Assembly: GCF_006345805.1 (NCBI RefSeq)
Contig: NC_043008.1
Span: 78,492,001 to 78,556,000, forward strand
Length of the DNA stretch: 64,000 bases
Source: Octopus sinensis
Taxonomy: Eukaryota
Direction of reading: 5' to 3'
The notes beneath the pieces are model-generated. The model did not search any database. It worked only from the letters and a program-made list of their open reading frames with translations, and was not told the DNA's origin. Of this stretch, positions 1-12,099 are shown piece after piece. The position numbers and the translations under genes were made by a program. Position 1 is the first letter of the stretch; each line of letters begins with the position of its first letter.

Positions 1-800
1 CTACAACCTATCCCTTGATGCTGAGCTCAATATACGTATTGGCAAGGCAGCTGCTGCGATGGCCCAACTCTCCAAATGCGAATAGGACAACAATAAGCTG
101 ACCAAGACCACGAAAATGAAGATCTACCAGGCATGTGTACTTAGCACTCTACTGTATGGAAGTGAGACCTGGACGCTATACACACGCCAAGAGCGTCGCC
201 TAAACATCTTTCACCTGCGCTGCCTACGAAAAATCCTCCGCATCAAATGGCAGAATCATATCCCCAACAAAGATGTCCTCAGGCAAGCAGGAATACCAAG
301 CATGTTTGCACTCTTCACACAAAGACGTATGAGATGGCTTGGGCATGTTAGCCGTATGAAAGATGGCAGAATGCCCAAGGGCATACTCTACGGAGAGCTT
401 GCTAGGGGTACTACGTCTGTGGGTAGACCGATCTTACGTTACAAGGATGTTTGCAAAAGGGACATGAAGACCTGCAACATCAATATTAGCGGTTGGGAGG
501 CAGTTGCCGGCAACCGTGGAGAATGGCGACGTACCGTAAAAGAGGGAATACAAAGGAGTGCCAGAGAGAGAGAGGAGAAATGGAAAGACAAGAAAAGACG
601 TCAACAAGAAACTATGGCATTACAACCAGCCAGGAACAGTCTTCGCTACATTTGCGGTACCTGCCAGAGGGTGTGTTTGTCCAGGATAGGACTACACAGC
701 CACAGCAGGAAATGTATAAGGACATGAAATATAAAAGCCGGACTAGATTATTTTATGCGCAACTCCATTTTCTCCCGAGACAAAAAGGATGCAAACTAAC
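1..800 (+). mobile_element. RTE-clade (BovB-like) LINE 3' end: RT C-terminus, C-terminal zinc-finger-like motif, short 3' UTR
   Basis: ORF 116-727 has LSTLLYGSETW, RxRWLGHVxRM, GRPxLRYKD and terminal CxxC...GLHSHxRxC, all typical of the RTE ORF end. Confidence 0.9.
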
Positions 801-849
801 CATATATATTTGCATTGGGAACCACTTCACATCGCTAACCACGGGTTGT

Positions 850-893
850 CACACGCTGATGATGGGTCAATATCCAGAAACCCGGTTCGTGTG
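850..893 (+). ncRNA. Minimal type-I hammerhead ribozyme (Penelope-associated type)
   Basis: cacacg-CTGATGA-tggg(tcaata)tcca-GAAA-cccgg-TT-cgtgtg: 6-bp stem I, intact core, 4-bp stem II, very short stem III, GUU site. Confidence 0.75.
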
Positions 894-939
894 TATCACG
901 TCAGGCTGTTGATGGGAAGGATTACTTCTCTTTGCAAAT

Positions 940-991
940 ACTGATAGGGCACAGATAGTGTGTATTGACACACTATCTGTGCCCTATCAGT
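940..991. repeat. Perfect 24-bp inverted repeat with 4-nt loop
   Basis: actgatagggcacagatagtgtgt-attg-acacactatctgtgccctatcagt. Confidence 0.95.
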
Positions 992-1074
992 TGGAGGAGA
1001 TGTCTTCCTGGGGCTACAAGCTACAGTAGCATCAACTCTTAAGGCTTGGCTACATTTAAGTGGCTAATATACTT

Positions 1075-1153
<79 letters not shown>

Positions 1154-1168
1154 GTGCACAATTTGACA

Positions 1169-1335
1169 CAGGCGCAGGAGTGGCTGTGTGGTAAGTAGCT
1201 TGTTTACCAACCACATGGTTCCGGGTTCAGTCCCACTGCGTGGCACCTTGGGCAAGTGTCTTCTACTATAGCCTCGGGCCGACCAAAGCCTTGTGAGTGG
1301 ATTTGGCAGACGGAAACTGAAAGAAGCCCGTCGTA

Positions 1336-1373
<38 letters not shown>

Positions 1374-1597
1374 TGTGTGTGTTTGTGTGTCTGTGTTTGT
1401 CCCCCTAGCATTGCTTGACAACCGATGCTGGTGTGTTTATGTCCCCGTTACTTAGCGGTTCGGCAAAAGAGACCCATAGAATAAGTACTGGGCTTACAAA
1501 AGAATAAGTCCTAGGGTCGAGTTGCTCGATTAAAAAGGCGGTGCTCCAGCATGGCCGCAGTCAAATGACTGAAACAAGTAAAAGAGAAAAGAGAAAG
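1169..1597 (+). mobile_element. tRNA-derived SINE, family A (octopus OK/OR-like; CORE-like motif)
   Basis: A-box-like tggctgtgtgg, B-box-like ggttcagtccc, CORE-like ccttgggcaagt, internal (TA)n/(TG)n, tail gactgaaacaagtaaaagag. Several copies occur in the window. Confidence 0.85.
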
Positions 1598-2329
1598 AGA
1601 ATTCAAACAGCATTTGAAATGAGAAATGGTTCAACAATTACTGACGGTCTAAAGGTAAGAAAACCAAACGATGAACATATATATATTGGAGATGTCCAAA
1701 CGAGGTTGCCTCTTATTAGAAACAAATATGGCGTGAATGATGTAGATCAACGACCTGTGAAGTGAATGAAAACAATATTATCGAGATAATTAAAATCTGT
1801 TTCAGTTTTCAAATTTCAACGATATTGAAAAAGGGATCATTGTGCCCCCACGAATAAAAGCAACCTCTGCTGATTGATTTATTAATGGAGATTAATGATT
1901 AATTATTTACAGAAATTTTACAAAACCTCTGATGGGAAAATTATCATTTCGTTAATAGAATTGGTGGTGTTGATTTATTGAGTGAAAATGTACATTTAAT
2001 CTTGTATTACGTTTCTACTTCTCTCCGAGGAATTGGCTTTGTATTAACAACGCAAAGAGAATATGTGGAAAATGTTTCAATGAAAACATGTTGTGACCAT
2101 TATATATATGCTAACTCTTCTTTATAGAAACATGAGTAGTCATTATGAATCATTCATCAGTTGAACACACATAGGAGCTAACCAGCTGATCGTGAAAAGT
2201 CACATTTTGCCATTTACAATAGCTTAAAATGTTTACTATTAACATCACTTGGAAACCTAAACTCTCTTTCCCTCAGACTACTTATTTTCTCTTCTCCCTC
2301 CTCTATTCCTTTTCCTTCTATCTTTGTGT

Positions 2330-2340
2330 ATGTATGAATG

Positions 2341-2422
<82 letters not shown>

Positions 2423-2448
2423 CATACATACATACATACATACATACA

Positions 2449-2482
<34 letters not shown>

Positions 2483-2575
2483 CATGCATACATACAAACA
2501 TGCATACATACATACATATATATATATACATACGCGCGCGCGCACACACACGTACACGCACACATACACACTTAC
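2330..2575. repeat. Compound microsatellite (TA)n/(TACA)n
   Basis: Directly visible; it produces the spurious YI/CMYV ORFs. Confidence 0.95.
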
Positions 2576-3551
2576 ACAAAGAAAGAACTAAATTTGACAA
2601 CATTTTATGTCTTCTTTTATCAGAAACAGCTTGATGTTTTGCTGAACAGTTAACGGCATTGGAGAGCGTTAAGACTACAGTTGTAGTTGAAAAAAGTTAG
2701 CTGACACGAAGGACTAAAAACCATCTGAATATTAGAGTTATCATACTATGATGATTTGCCCCGACTATTAATATGATGACATCATGATTACTGATCAATG
2801 CTCTTTGAACGTTGTAAAGACTGTAAGGCATAACATGGACAGCTGCAATGGAGACTATGAAGCCGTGCCCAGCAGGAAGGGACACATCAGACGTTCTGAC
2901 TGCGTTCGAAGATTTTCCCAGTGAAAAACATGTCAGGCTCCAGAACTGTCTTAAGACCGTGACAGAAGCTGAAGGCAGCTACTCGAGTAAACTGTTATCT
3001 CCTAGATAACAGTTGATATTTTATAGTCTTTTAGATTATTTTATTTTAAGATTGGATATTGGGATATTGTGTTCAAATTTAGCCCTGTATATGTGTGTGA
3101 ATGCGTGTTTGCGTATGTATATGTGTTTGTGTATGTGTGTGTATGCGTGCGTGAATATGTATATTTATAGGTGTGTACATCTCTGTATGCATATAGTTAT
3201 GGGGGTATCAGTGTGTATAAATGTCGTGCTTCCATTGACTAGTGTATATCCGTTTCTCTCTATAAGAATTGAAATTAAATGCGAGTATTGTATGCATACT
3301 AATTCTTGTACGAATGTAGGGAATAGTTTACGCATGTATGATTAGCGCTGAAACTTTACATTAATAAATTCCTCTTCACAAGGCCACATTTCCTTTTCAC
3401 CCTTCCACTTACTCATCACGTACAATTTTCGTTACAAATGACATACCACAAACACATTTCAATTTCAACTACAAATGCTTCCATACATCCATTCTAATCC
3501 CCAGAGCTACAGATAACATCAATTTCTCATTCTCTCTCTCTATCTCTCCCC

Positions 3552-3633
<82 letters not shown>

Positions 3634-3749
3634 CTCTCTCTCTTCTCTTTCTGACCAACCACCGGCTTAGTGCCAAGATTGTTTGCCTACTCACCCATTA
3701 AATTTTAAGATGGTCTTCTGAATCATGGTTTTACATTCTTTCACTAATA

Positions 3750-4400
3750 ATCCAAGTTCAGTTATACTTTGATACAAGCGGGATGCTGCTCTAAAAACAA
3801 TGGTCATGAAGCTGAAAGTGTATGTTGAATCGCGGATTGGTCGCCAATTGGTCACAAATATTTTCTTTCTCCGGTATTTTTATAACAAAATTTAAGTCAT
3901 CTGGGCAACTGTCTTCCACAACAGAGCAAGGTTTTATTTTGTATCTTAACAATAATGTCAGATCTGTTGTGTTTTAATTTGTTAGCTATTTTCATTTTTA
4001 GGGTACCGATATTTTTTGGATCCATCTCTCACAACTTATTTGCTATTATTTTTGTTTCTTTCAAACTCTTATCCAGATTGTTCTGCCTACCATATCATAC
4101 CTTATAGGAACGTAGTTTCTGGAGAATTTACTTTCATAGTTGCCAATTATTTGGCTAATGTCTTTAGTTTTGATTTACCATATCCTGTATTGTCAGCTGA
4201 TGAGTTCTGTATTTTCTGTTTCAGGTATTTGGTGAGGGGTATGTTTCAATGTGAGAAGTTATAACGTTGCTAGGCCTTTGATGTGGTTTATTCTCTCTGT
4301 GATTGGATTTTTTCGTCTCAAGGATGTATGTACAGCCTTCTTAGTGAAGTGGTCAAAATTTTTATTTTATTATTTTTGGAGGAAGATTTGTTTCAGGTTT
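3750..4400 (-). pseudogene. Decayed RLE-type non-LTR retrotransposon C-terminus
   Basis: Minus-strand translation gives DISQIIGN...YVPIRYDMVGRTIW and KHNRSDIIVK, matching the post-CCHC RHD motif and the RPD motif of the restriction-like endonuclease. Confidence 0.55.
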
Positions 4401-5089
4401 TATTTCATGTACTTCGTGTTCATTATTTATTCAAATGCTGTTACAGTCGAAATGTGTAACTAACTTCCCTGCATATGTTTCCATGGTCATTAATCACGGA
4501 ATACTTTCCGAGGATCTCCTTTCTAACTCGAGTGATAATATCTGCCTCATGTATGAAAACTTGACCTATGAATTTCGACGCTTCGTGTCAGTAGATGTGG
4601 CCAAAAGTTATGAATTATTTAGAAATTGCCTGATTGTTTTTGTTTCATGTAAAGGCCGTCATCTCAAATCTTGTGTCAGTTAATTATTCTCGGATTTTAA
4701 CTTCAATAACCTGACTTTAATCTAGAGTTCAATGAAGTAAGGAAATCTTGTTTAGAATACTTATAAACAAACACGTTATAGGCCACTGATCTATCTTATG
4801 CAGAGTTCTGATGGTCATTTTTTTTTTGTTATATTCCCTGTTTACGCCTGCCTAGTTTCAGGTGTTATCATCGGAAATATTTTTATTCGTCCTTAAGTAT
4901 CTGTGGTATTCTTTATCGGATATCGAAGAAATAAGTATATATACAAGACTAATGTCTATATATACAAAGAAAAAATTCGGGTTCATTCTATTGTTCACTA
5001 AGTCTGTATTGAAAAAGCATTTAGCCAGTTGTGTGTGTATGTCTTTGTGTCTGTGTTTACACACCACCGCATCATTGAGAAGTGCAACG

Positions 5090-6100
5090 ATTTTCAGACC
5101 CCAATCATTATCAGTTTTATAGACTCTGTGAAGGAATTTTATAACGTACACAGACCTATGCTTTGGAATATAGTTTGGGCTTATGGCGTACCGCCAACGG
5201 TCATCACAGCCATTGTGAAAATCTATGCAAATTTAAAGTGTTGCGTAAGAAAAAATATGGATAGAGTAACTGGTATCTGATCGACGATCCTTTTCGCACT
5301 GGCCATAGACTGAGTCCTGAGGAAAGCAAATCAAAGGGATTCAGTGGCTGACAGGGTTGAAAGATGGTGGGCATATGACACCACTGCAATATCAGAATCC
5401 ATGCAGAATTTTCAACACTTCAGCAGCAAGAATATTCCACATTTTCAGCGAAAGAAGATCAAAAGCATGCTGACTGACACATACTCCACCATGAGAGGTT
5501 TGCATTGACTAGAAGAAAGTGGAGGTGGTAGACAATTTCACCTTTCTTAGGAACTCTATCCGCTGCAATGGAAAAATAGAGAAAGAGCTTAGCTGCAGAG
5601 TAGAAAAGGCGCCAGTCATATTCATTTAGCTTAGTAAAATCTGGAAGTGTAAGAGCTCATTTCTAAAACTCTAAAACGCAGTTATACAATACTAACGAGC
5701 TTTCCACACTTCTATGTGTCTGCAAAACATGATATCCGAAAACCAGACAAGAAAACTGAATAGTAGATGCCTCTGAAAAATACTAGGCATCGACTTTATC
5801 AGGAACGAGATCTGAACACCAGATCAACAACCAATGTCCATTACCATCTGCAAACACTGAGTTGCCAGGTACATGTAAAGATTTTGATGAGCAAGTTCAC
5901 AGACCAACTCCTTCAGTGAAACCTCCAGGCGCAACGATGCAGGAGATGTCCCAAGATGAACTACATTAGACGATCGACAGGGACATTCAGCTTGTAAACC
6001 TACGGTGGAACGATTCACTGAGAGTGGCCGCTGACCAATCGTGTTGCGTGCTAGAGTAGTTTGCCTCAAGTGTCGCCCAACGCTGGAACACCAAAGCCTA
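5090..6100 (+). pseudogene. Decayed RTE-clade LINE reverse transcriptase
   Basis: FIDSVKEFYNVHRPMLWNIVWAYGVP resembles FIDFxKAFDSVHRxxLW; EVVDNFT-LG...KELSCRVEKA...LSKIW follows downstream. Confidence 0.65.
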
Positions 6101-6168
6101 AGTAGCTCTGAGGAGTTTTCATTTATTTCAGCCGTCGGTTTAATCGCTACAACAGAAATTCATAGGAA

Positions 6169-6210
<42 letters not shown>

Positions 6211-6244
6211 GTAAATGTAATATGTGACAATTATTCGGTAGCCA

Positions 6245-6307
6245 AGATAAAACTCTGAGTTTCGGATGCCGAGGTGGAGATCCACGCCACCAGCTCTTCA
6301 GTTATCC
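6245..6307 (-). ncRNA. Type-I hammerhead ribozyme motif (mirror copy)
   Basis: Exact reverse complement of 6308-6370. Confidence 0.7.
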
Positions 6308-6370
6308 GGATAACTGAAGAGCTGGTGGCGTGGATCTCCACCTCGGCATCCGAAACTCAGAGTTTTATCT
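6308..6370 (+). ncRNA. Type-I hammerhead ribozyme motif
   Basis: ggataa-CTGAAGA-[31-nt stem II]-GAAA-ctc(a)gag-TT-ttatct, with a near-palindromic stem III. Confidence 0.7.
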
Positions 6371-6888
6371 TGGCTACCGAATAATTGTCACATATTACAT
6401 TTACAGATAAATTCTCTATTTACATAATATCGAGGTCTCTTTCTTTTGTTATCTTACCGTTTTTACCAATATATATATATATATATCTGTAATTTCTAAC
6501 TTGAGAAGTAAGTTTTATGAAAGGGAAACCAGTGAACTGATTAAATTCACTTCATTTGCTTCGATGCTGAAACAGTTTCTGTTTTATTAAATATGAAGGG
6601 TTGATTATTACAGAATTAATGTCATTGTTTTTCTATTTCTGTTTTAAATTGTATGGAACTTGATATTCAAATGTATTCAATGTTTAAAAGATGGAATTGA
6701 ACACCTATAACTAACAATCTATAAACTGATTGGCAATTAGTGTAGTAGGTAATCTAAGCTGCTCTGCCGATATCATATATAACAATGATATTTAAGTTAC
6801 ATTATAGTTATGCATTACTTTTAAAAACCTATAGCAAACAGTTTAGTTTTTTCTCAGATCGTTAGGAGTGGCTGTGTGGTAAGTAGCT

Positions 6889-8933
6889 AGCTTCCCGCAC
6901 ATGCGCGTTGGTGTTGCTTATTACAGTGAACCGAGGTGGACGTGAGTGTGTTGGCTCCGTCCAATATTGAACTGAAAGAAAAAAGAACAACGGCAGCATA
7001 AGCTCGTCGAGGAAGGTGGTTTTGTTTTCGTTTGAGCTGGGTGTAATTTGTCAAATAGTAGCTGTTTGTTTGTTGATAAATTTCACCCAGCTCCGAGGCA
7101 ATTCTGCCTCCTGCCAGCGGCTGCTGTTTGTTGTTTTGTTGGGAAAAAACTTAATGGCAAACTTAGTCCCGAACTTAATGGCAAACCATTGAAACTTGTT
7201 GGATTACCATTGAACCTACGAAGTTGGCCGGGAGTACCTGTTGGCCATTGATGTTTGCTGTGTGAACTGTTTTTCTTTTCTCTATCCTTCCGTGTTTTTC
7301 TTTCTTTTTGGAGCTGTTTTTGCGTTTCTTGTGAATTTTATTTTTTTCATTTTTTGAACTGACTTGTTTATTCCTTTTTGGACTTGTTAATTTATTAAGA
7401 CCTTCCTTCTTCTTTTGAATTGATTTTTAACATGGCAAATGCAAAAAGTGCCTTAGAATGGGAGGTGGTACCACCTAAACAATGGATTGAAAGCCTTGAG
7501 AGAAGGACGGTGGTACGACGGACCTATTCTAGGTCGCGTGACGCCCTCGCCCTCTTCGACAAGGGTATTATTAATAAAGAGCTGGCAAAATTATTACGTA
7601 ACCAAGGGTATCAAATACTCCACGGTGTGGCTGCTTTTCGACACTCCTGAGGAGGCTTGCACTGTGGCAGGTCAGCCCCTGGAAGGGGAGGAGATTTTGT
7701 TTCTTCCCACATATCGTAGGAAGAAGGTGATAAGGGCCTGGGTATGTGGTCTTCCCCCGGGCACCGAAGCGGGGTGGATTGCAGATGCCATCCGGCGGGG
7801 CCTGGGGGATAGCGGGCCCAGGCTTTTAAATATAGAGATAAAGCCTGCGGTCGACTGGGAGGGTGCAAAGGCAACTTTGACCCTCTGAACCCCAGTGCCC
7901 GCAAGTGAAATGATTTTCCCGGACTTTTTAAAAATGGATGGCTCAAGGTATCCAATGATATTTGAGGGTCCCCCCCAAGTGTCACTCGTACCTGGAATCA
8001 GGCCACATTAAGAAGGACTGCCCCTGGGGCCGTAGTAAGGTCCCGGAGCAGGGAAAGGTGAAGGTGTCCTCCGCTCTCCCATTGCAGGGAGAAACGGCGG
8101 AAGTCGTTGAGGCATAGGCCTCAACGAGAAGGAAAAGAAAGGTGAGCAACAATGGTTGCTCACCAACAGACGCGCAGGTTCTGGGAGAGGAGGAGGAAAC
8201 CTCCACGGGTGTGCTGGTGGAGGCTCCGACTCCCGCACCCGTAAGAAGGAAAAAGAGAAGGAAGAGAAACGGGAGACGGTCGGCGGATATCACTGTGCCG
8301 CCGACTGAACCCGATTCTCCTCCAATGGAAGGTGTGCCACCGGAGCGAGAGGCTCTGTCAGTGGTAATTGTGCCACTGACAGAGCGGGCTGAGGCCCCTC
8401 CCCGTGAGAAGGACGTGAAACCGGTCGTTTTCTATCTCAGTGAAGGGCCTGTCGAGAAGTGCTTGGACGGTCTTCCAGGCCGAGAACGATTGAACTCGGT
8501 TTGTATAGACTGTCCAGACTGGCCTCCGCAGGTGGCTGCGGACGTCGTAAATCAGAAGGAGTTGTGCGAGGTCATGGTCACCTGTAATACGGAAGATTTT
8601 GCTTTCCTCTTTCCGGGGCCCGATCTGCCGATGCAGGGTTTCCTGCAGGCGGCGCGTAATTTGCTTGGGGGCTCCGATGAGGAGGATTGATCTTTTAGAT
8701 TGTGTGTATATTGAATAATTTATTATATATATTTATAATGGACTATTAAGTCCAATAATTGTCGTTTTTGATGAAAAAAAAAGAACAATGTTTTAGAGAA
8801 GCAGAAAATCGGCGGGTGTTTTCTGCCTTCCGTTATCATTATCATCCTTGTTTCATCATTCACCTCATCAATGTATATGTCCAGTCTGCAAGCTACTCTT
8901 TGTAATGCGTTTATGGCAAATCTTAATGAAATA
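6889..8933 (+). mobile_element. ORF1-only L1/Tx1-like retroelement (half-L1-like)
   Basis: TSD aagtagct/aagtacct; ~540-nt 5' UTR; disrupted ORF1; A-rich tract at 8773-8782; terminal AATAAA; no endonuclease or RT sequence. Confidence 0.7.
7432..8690 (+). pseudogene. L1/Tx1-type ORF1 nucleic-acid-binding protein, frameshifted
   Basis: ATG at 7432; VWLLFDTPEEA...LFLPTYRRKKVIRAWVCGLPP (RRM-like); zinc knuckle CHSYLESGHIKKDC at 7980-8021 (second C is Y); basic RRKKRRKR patch. Confidence 0.65.
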
Positions 8934-9254
8934 AAGTACCTTGCTTGTCAACCACATGGTTCCGGGTTCAGTCCACTGCGTGGAACCTTCGGCAGGTGTT
9001 TTCTACTATATATATATGTGTGTATCTGTGTGAGTGTATGTTTGTGTCTGTGTTTGACCCACCCCACCCCCAACATCACTTGACAACCGATGCTAGGGCG
9101 TTTACGTCCCCGTAACTGAACTGTTCAGCAAAAAGATTACGATGAAATAAGTACTAGGCTTACAAAGAATAACTTCTGGGGTCAATTCGCTCGACCAAAG
9201 GTGGTGCTCCAGCATTGCCGCAGTCAAATGACTGAAACAAGTAAAAGAATGTTT

Positions 9255-9382
9255 TCTCCTCTAGGTAAAAGGCCTGGAACTTTGAGGGAGGAGGCCAGTC
9301 GATTAGATTGATTCCAGTACTTGATTTATCGACCCTGAAAGGATGAAATGCAAAGTCGACTTCGGCGAAATTTGAACTCAAG
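9255..9382 (-). mobile_element. Family B SINE fragment
   Basis: Reverse complement of gagttcaaat-cgccga-gtcgactttgc-tttcatcctttc-gggtcgataaa. Confidence 0.75.
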
Positions 9383-10506
9383 TAAAAGAATAAAAGAAAA
9401 TGTTTCAAAATTTCCTTTGACCATAAGAAAGAAGCAATAATTGTCTATAAGCATGTTTTAATTACTCGTATTTTGTATGCTAAATAATAACCATATAATT
9501 AGCATTCAATTCTTCATATTGGTAGAAAGCTAATTGAAATTCCATGTACCGACTTAATTACTTCCAGTTGTGTCTGACAACTTAAATATGTTATATATGT
9601 GATGTATATATTAATAGCGATGCAAATATTCTCAAAGAAAAGCAAAACAAAAAAATTACATTTTTCAAAAACAGTTAAAACATTTAGATAATCATACTCT
9701 AAAAAGTCCCAGCTTTTCGTACTTTCAATTAATTTGTCACTCAATTTGTATGCAAACGTTATTTTATGTAAATTTAGGAAGAGTGAATTACATGTACAAT
9801 AGTTTTCTTCATTTTTCGTCTTTTTACATATTTCTGCTATGTTAAGCGTTTGGATATCTGAAAATATTATCTTCATATGGAGATGAGTGAAAAAGGATGG
9901 TGGTGATACGGGAAGAAAACAAGTACTCAATACAAATGTAGGGTGTAAATATTTGTTGTGATGCTGGGATTATTGTTTATTAATTCTCAGATTTTTAAAG
10001 TTTAACGCTGTTCACGAAACGATAACGTGCGCTCGCGTGCGTGTCTGTATGCGTGTCTGGTGGGTGTCGATAGACCTGTTTTTTGTGTAAGATGTCTATA
10101 TATATATCTATTCAGTTATGAGAATAATAATAAAAAATTACTGCTTTTTGCCTATGCTGATCAAAAATATAAAATATAAAATATAAAAATTTGTAATGAC
10201 CCTATGGTCATTACAAAATATCGTAATACATCGCTGGTAAAAGCACACCTCGAAATCTTTGTTGATTGCGCCATTCTTTTCCAAATCGCTTTACTAACTC
10301 ATCTTCCCGCCAACGTGGAGGCCTTCCAAATAACCATTTTTGATCTCTTGGATACTACTCGACAACTGCATCATGTTCGGCCCAGTGGAACTTGAGCTTC
10401 CTTCTTCTGTGAGCATATCGTCCATACCTCTCCGTTCTCGAATATTCTCATTTTGAATATGCTCTTACAATGATGTTCTTAGCATGGTTCTTTTATAGCC
10501 TTTTGC

Positions 10507-11679
10507 AAAGTAATCACAGCAGCAGCGAGGGCAGTTGCATCAGCATTGTGGAAGCATCAGTAGAAACCTCGACAGAGACAGAAAAATTAAAGGAGGTAGT
10601 TGTGTCAGCAAGAGCAGCAGCAGTGGGAGCCGTGGCAACAGCAATAAGAGCCGTGGAAACAGCAGTAACAATAACATTACTCGTAATAGTAGTAGAGCTT
10701 TCACTGGAGTGATTGCCGTAAATGAGCTTCATACTATATATTCCGGGATGATAAATGCTCAAAATGAGCGGATGCAGCTAGATTTAGGAAAATTGAGAGA
10801 AGAAAAGGCAAAGTTTGTCCTTTCCTAAAATTCTAGCTGCAACGGCCAGAAAAAAACTGTTAGACTAAGATGCATTAGTGTTAAAACTCGGCAACTAGAG
10901 ACGTTCCGAAAACAAAAATAGAAAAGACGCTCCACGATCAGGCTATACTGGTCAGGCTTTACTTGGAGAAGGAACTCCAGCGGGGTCCTAATCCAGTTTT
11001 CTCGCCTCGTTCTCTTAATGTCTAAGAGGATATCACTCTCCTTTGGCACTTCACAGGCCCCGATCCACCAGAGATTTACCTTGGGTGGGACCTTGCTATT
11101 GTGATTGTTATCACTCTTCTTTCCAAATAAGTAAAGAAGAGAACGAAATCCTCACTGTAGCGGGTGACTACTGATTGCTGTAGTTCGAGGTCTTCGGTCT
11201 TAAATAAGACCTCAACCCTACTGCTTTGTTCTCGATATCCTACCATACATCGTGGAGCGTCTTTCTATTTTTGTTTTTGGAACGTCTCTAGTTGCCGAGT
11301 TTTAACACTAATGCATCTTAGTCTAACAGTTTTTTTCTGGCCGTTGCAGCTAGAATTTTAGGAAAGGACAAACTTTGCCTTTTCTTCTCTCAATTTTCCT
11401 AAATCTAGCTGCATTCGCTCATTTTGAGCATTTATCATCCCGGAATATATAGTATGAAGCTCATTTACGGCAATCACTCCAGTGAAAGCTCTACTACTAT
11501 TACGAGTAATGTTATTGTTACTGCTGTTTCCACGGCTCTTATTGCTGTTGCCACGGCTCCCACTGCTGCTGCTCTTGCTGACACAACTACCTCCTTTAAT
11601 TTTTCTGTCTCTGTCGAGGTTTCTACAGATGCTTCCACAATGCTGATGCAACTGCCCTCGCTGCTGCTGTGATTACTTT
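10507..11679. repeat. Inverted duplication, ~430-bp arms (10507-10938 / 11249-11679), 310-bp spacer
   Basis: Mirror ORFs 10514-10762(-) and 11424-11672(+) translate identically; only about 4 differences are visible between the arms. Confidence 0.95.
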
Positions 11680-11875
11680 TGTTAATGGTGCTGTGGTTGT
11701 TTTTGGCATTGTTGTTTTTACTGCTATTCCCGTTTTCTGCTATAACACTTGAATTTTTAACTGTGAAGCCTAAAAGTTTCTCCTGCCCTTCCCCGAGCTG
11801 AATGTCATCTTCATTTACATTGCTGCAGTCGTGGTTATTTTGTCTTATGTTGTTGCAGTTGTAGCTGTTGTTTGC

Positions 11876-12099
11876 CGTATCAGCAGTGGTGCAGTTGTGC
11901 GGACTTTCAGTCTTAGAATAGTTGCGCTTCCCTTCCGCGTACAGGATGAAGGTGAAGGATTTTCAAACATGCTACAACTCTCTACTGGCGTATCAGCAGT
12001 GGTGCAGTTGTGCGGACTTTCAGTCTTAGAATAGTTGCGCTTCCCTTCCGCGTACAGGATGAAGGTGAAGGATTTTCAAACATGCTACTACTCTCTACT
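11876..12099. repeat. Tandem duplication, period 113 bp
   Basis: cgtatcagcagtggtgcag...ctctctact occurs twice with one mismatch. Confidence 0.95.

Larger units (their letters stand above)
6206..6409. repeat. Perfect 204-bp palindrome (102-bp arms, no spacer) of a Penelope-type pseudo-LTR
   Basis: Centre ttatcc|ggataa at 6307/6308. The arms are exact reverse complements and the unit is flanked by (TA)n. Confidence 0.95.
6864..9250 (+). mobile_element. Family A SINE split by a 2-kb insertion (SINE parts 6864-6888 and 8934-9250)
   Basis: aggagtggctgtgtggtaagtagct resumes as tgcttgtcaaccacatggttccgggttcagtcc after the insert, colinear with the intact copy at 1169. Confidence 0.85.

Noticed and set aside
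2214-2653. ORFs rich in YI/CV/HT or homopolymer runs (also at 15.5, 17.7, 32.8, 39.6, 40.5, 46.4, 56.4 and 59-62.6 kb)
   Set aside because: They are translations of stop-free microsatellites.
2965-3016. Possible hammerhead (ctgaagg...taaa plus an 11-bp hairpin at 2990-3014)
   Set aside because: Both core segments deviate and there is no stem I; only the hairpin is real.
4845-4876. Minus-strand CCGATGA...GAAACTAG hammerhead-like motif
   Set aside because: The core is mutated, there is no UH site and the stems do not pair.
10470-10828. Mucin-like or membrane-protein ORFs
   Set aside because: They are low-complexity frames of a duplicated transposon segment.
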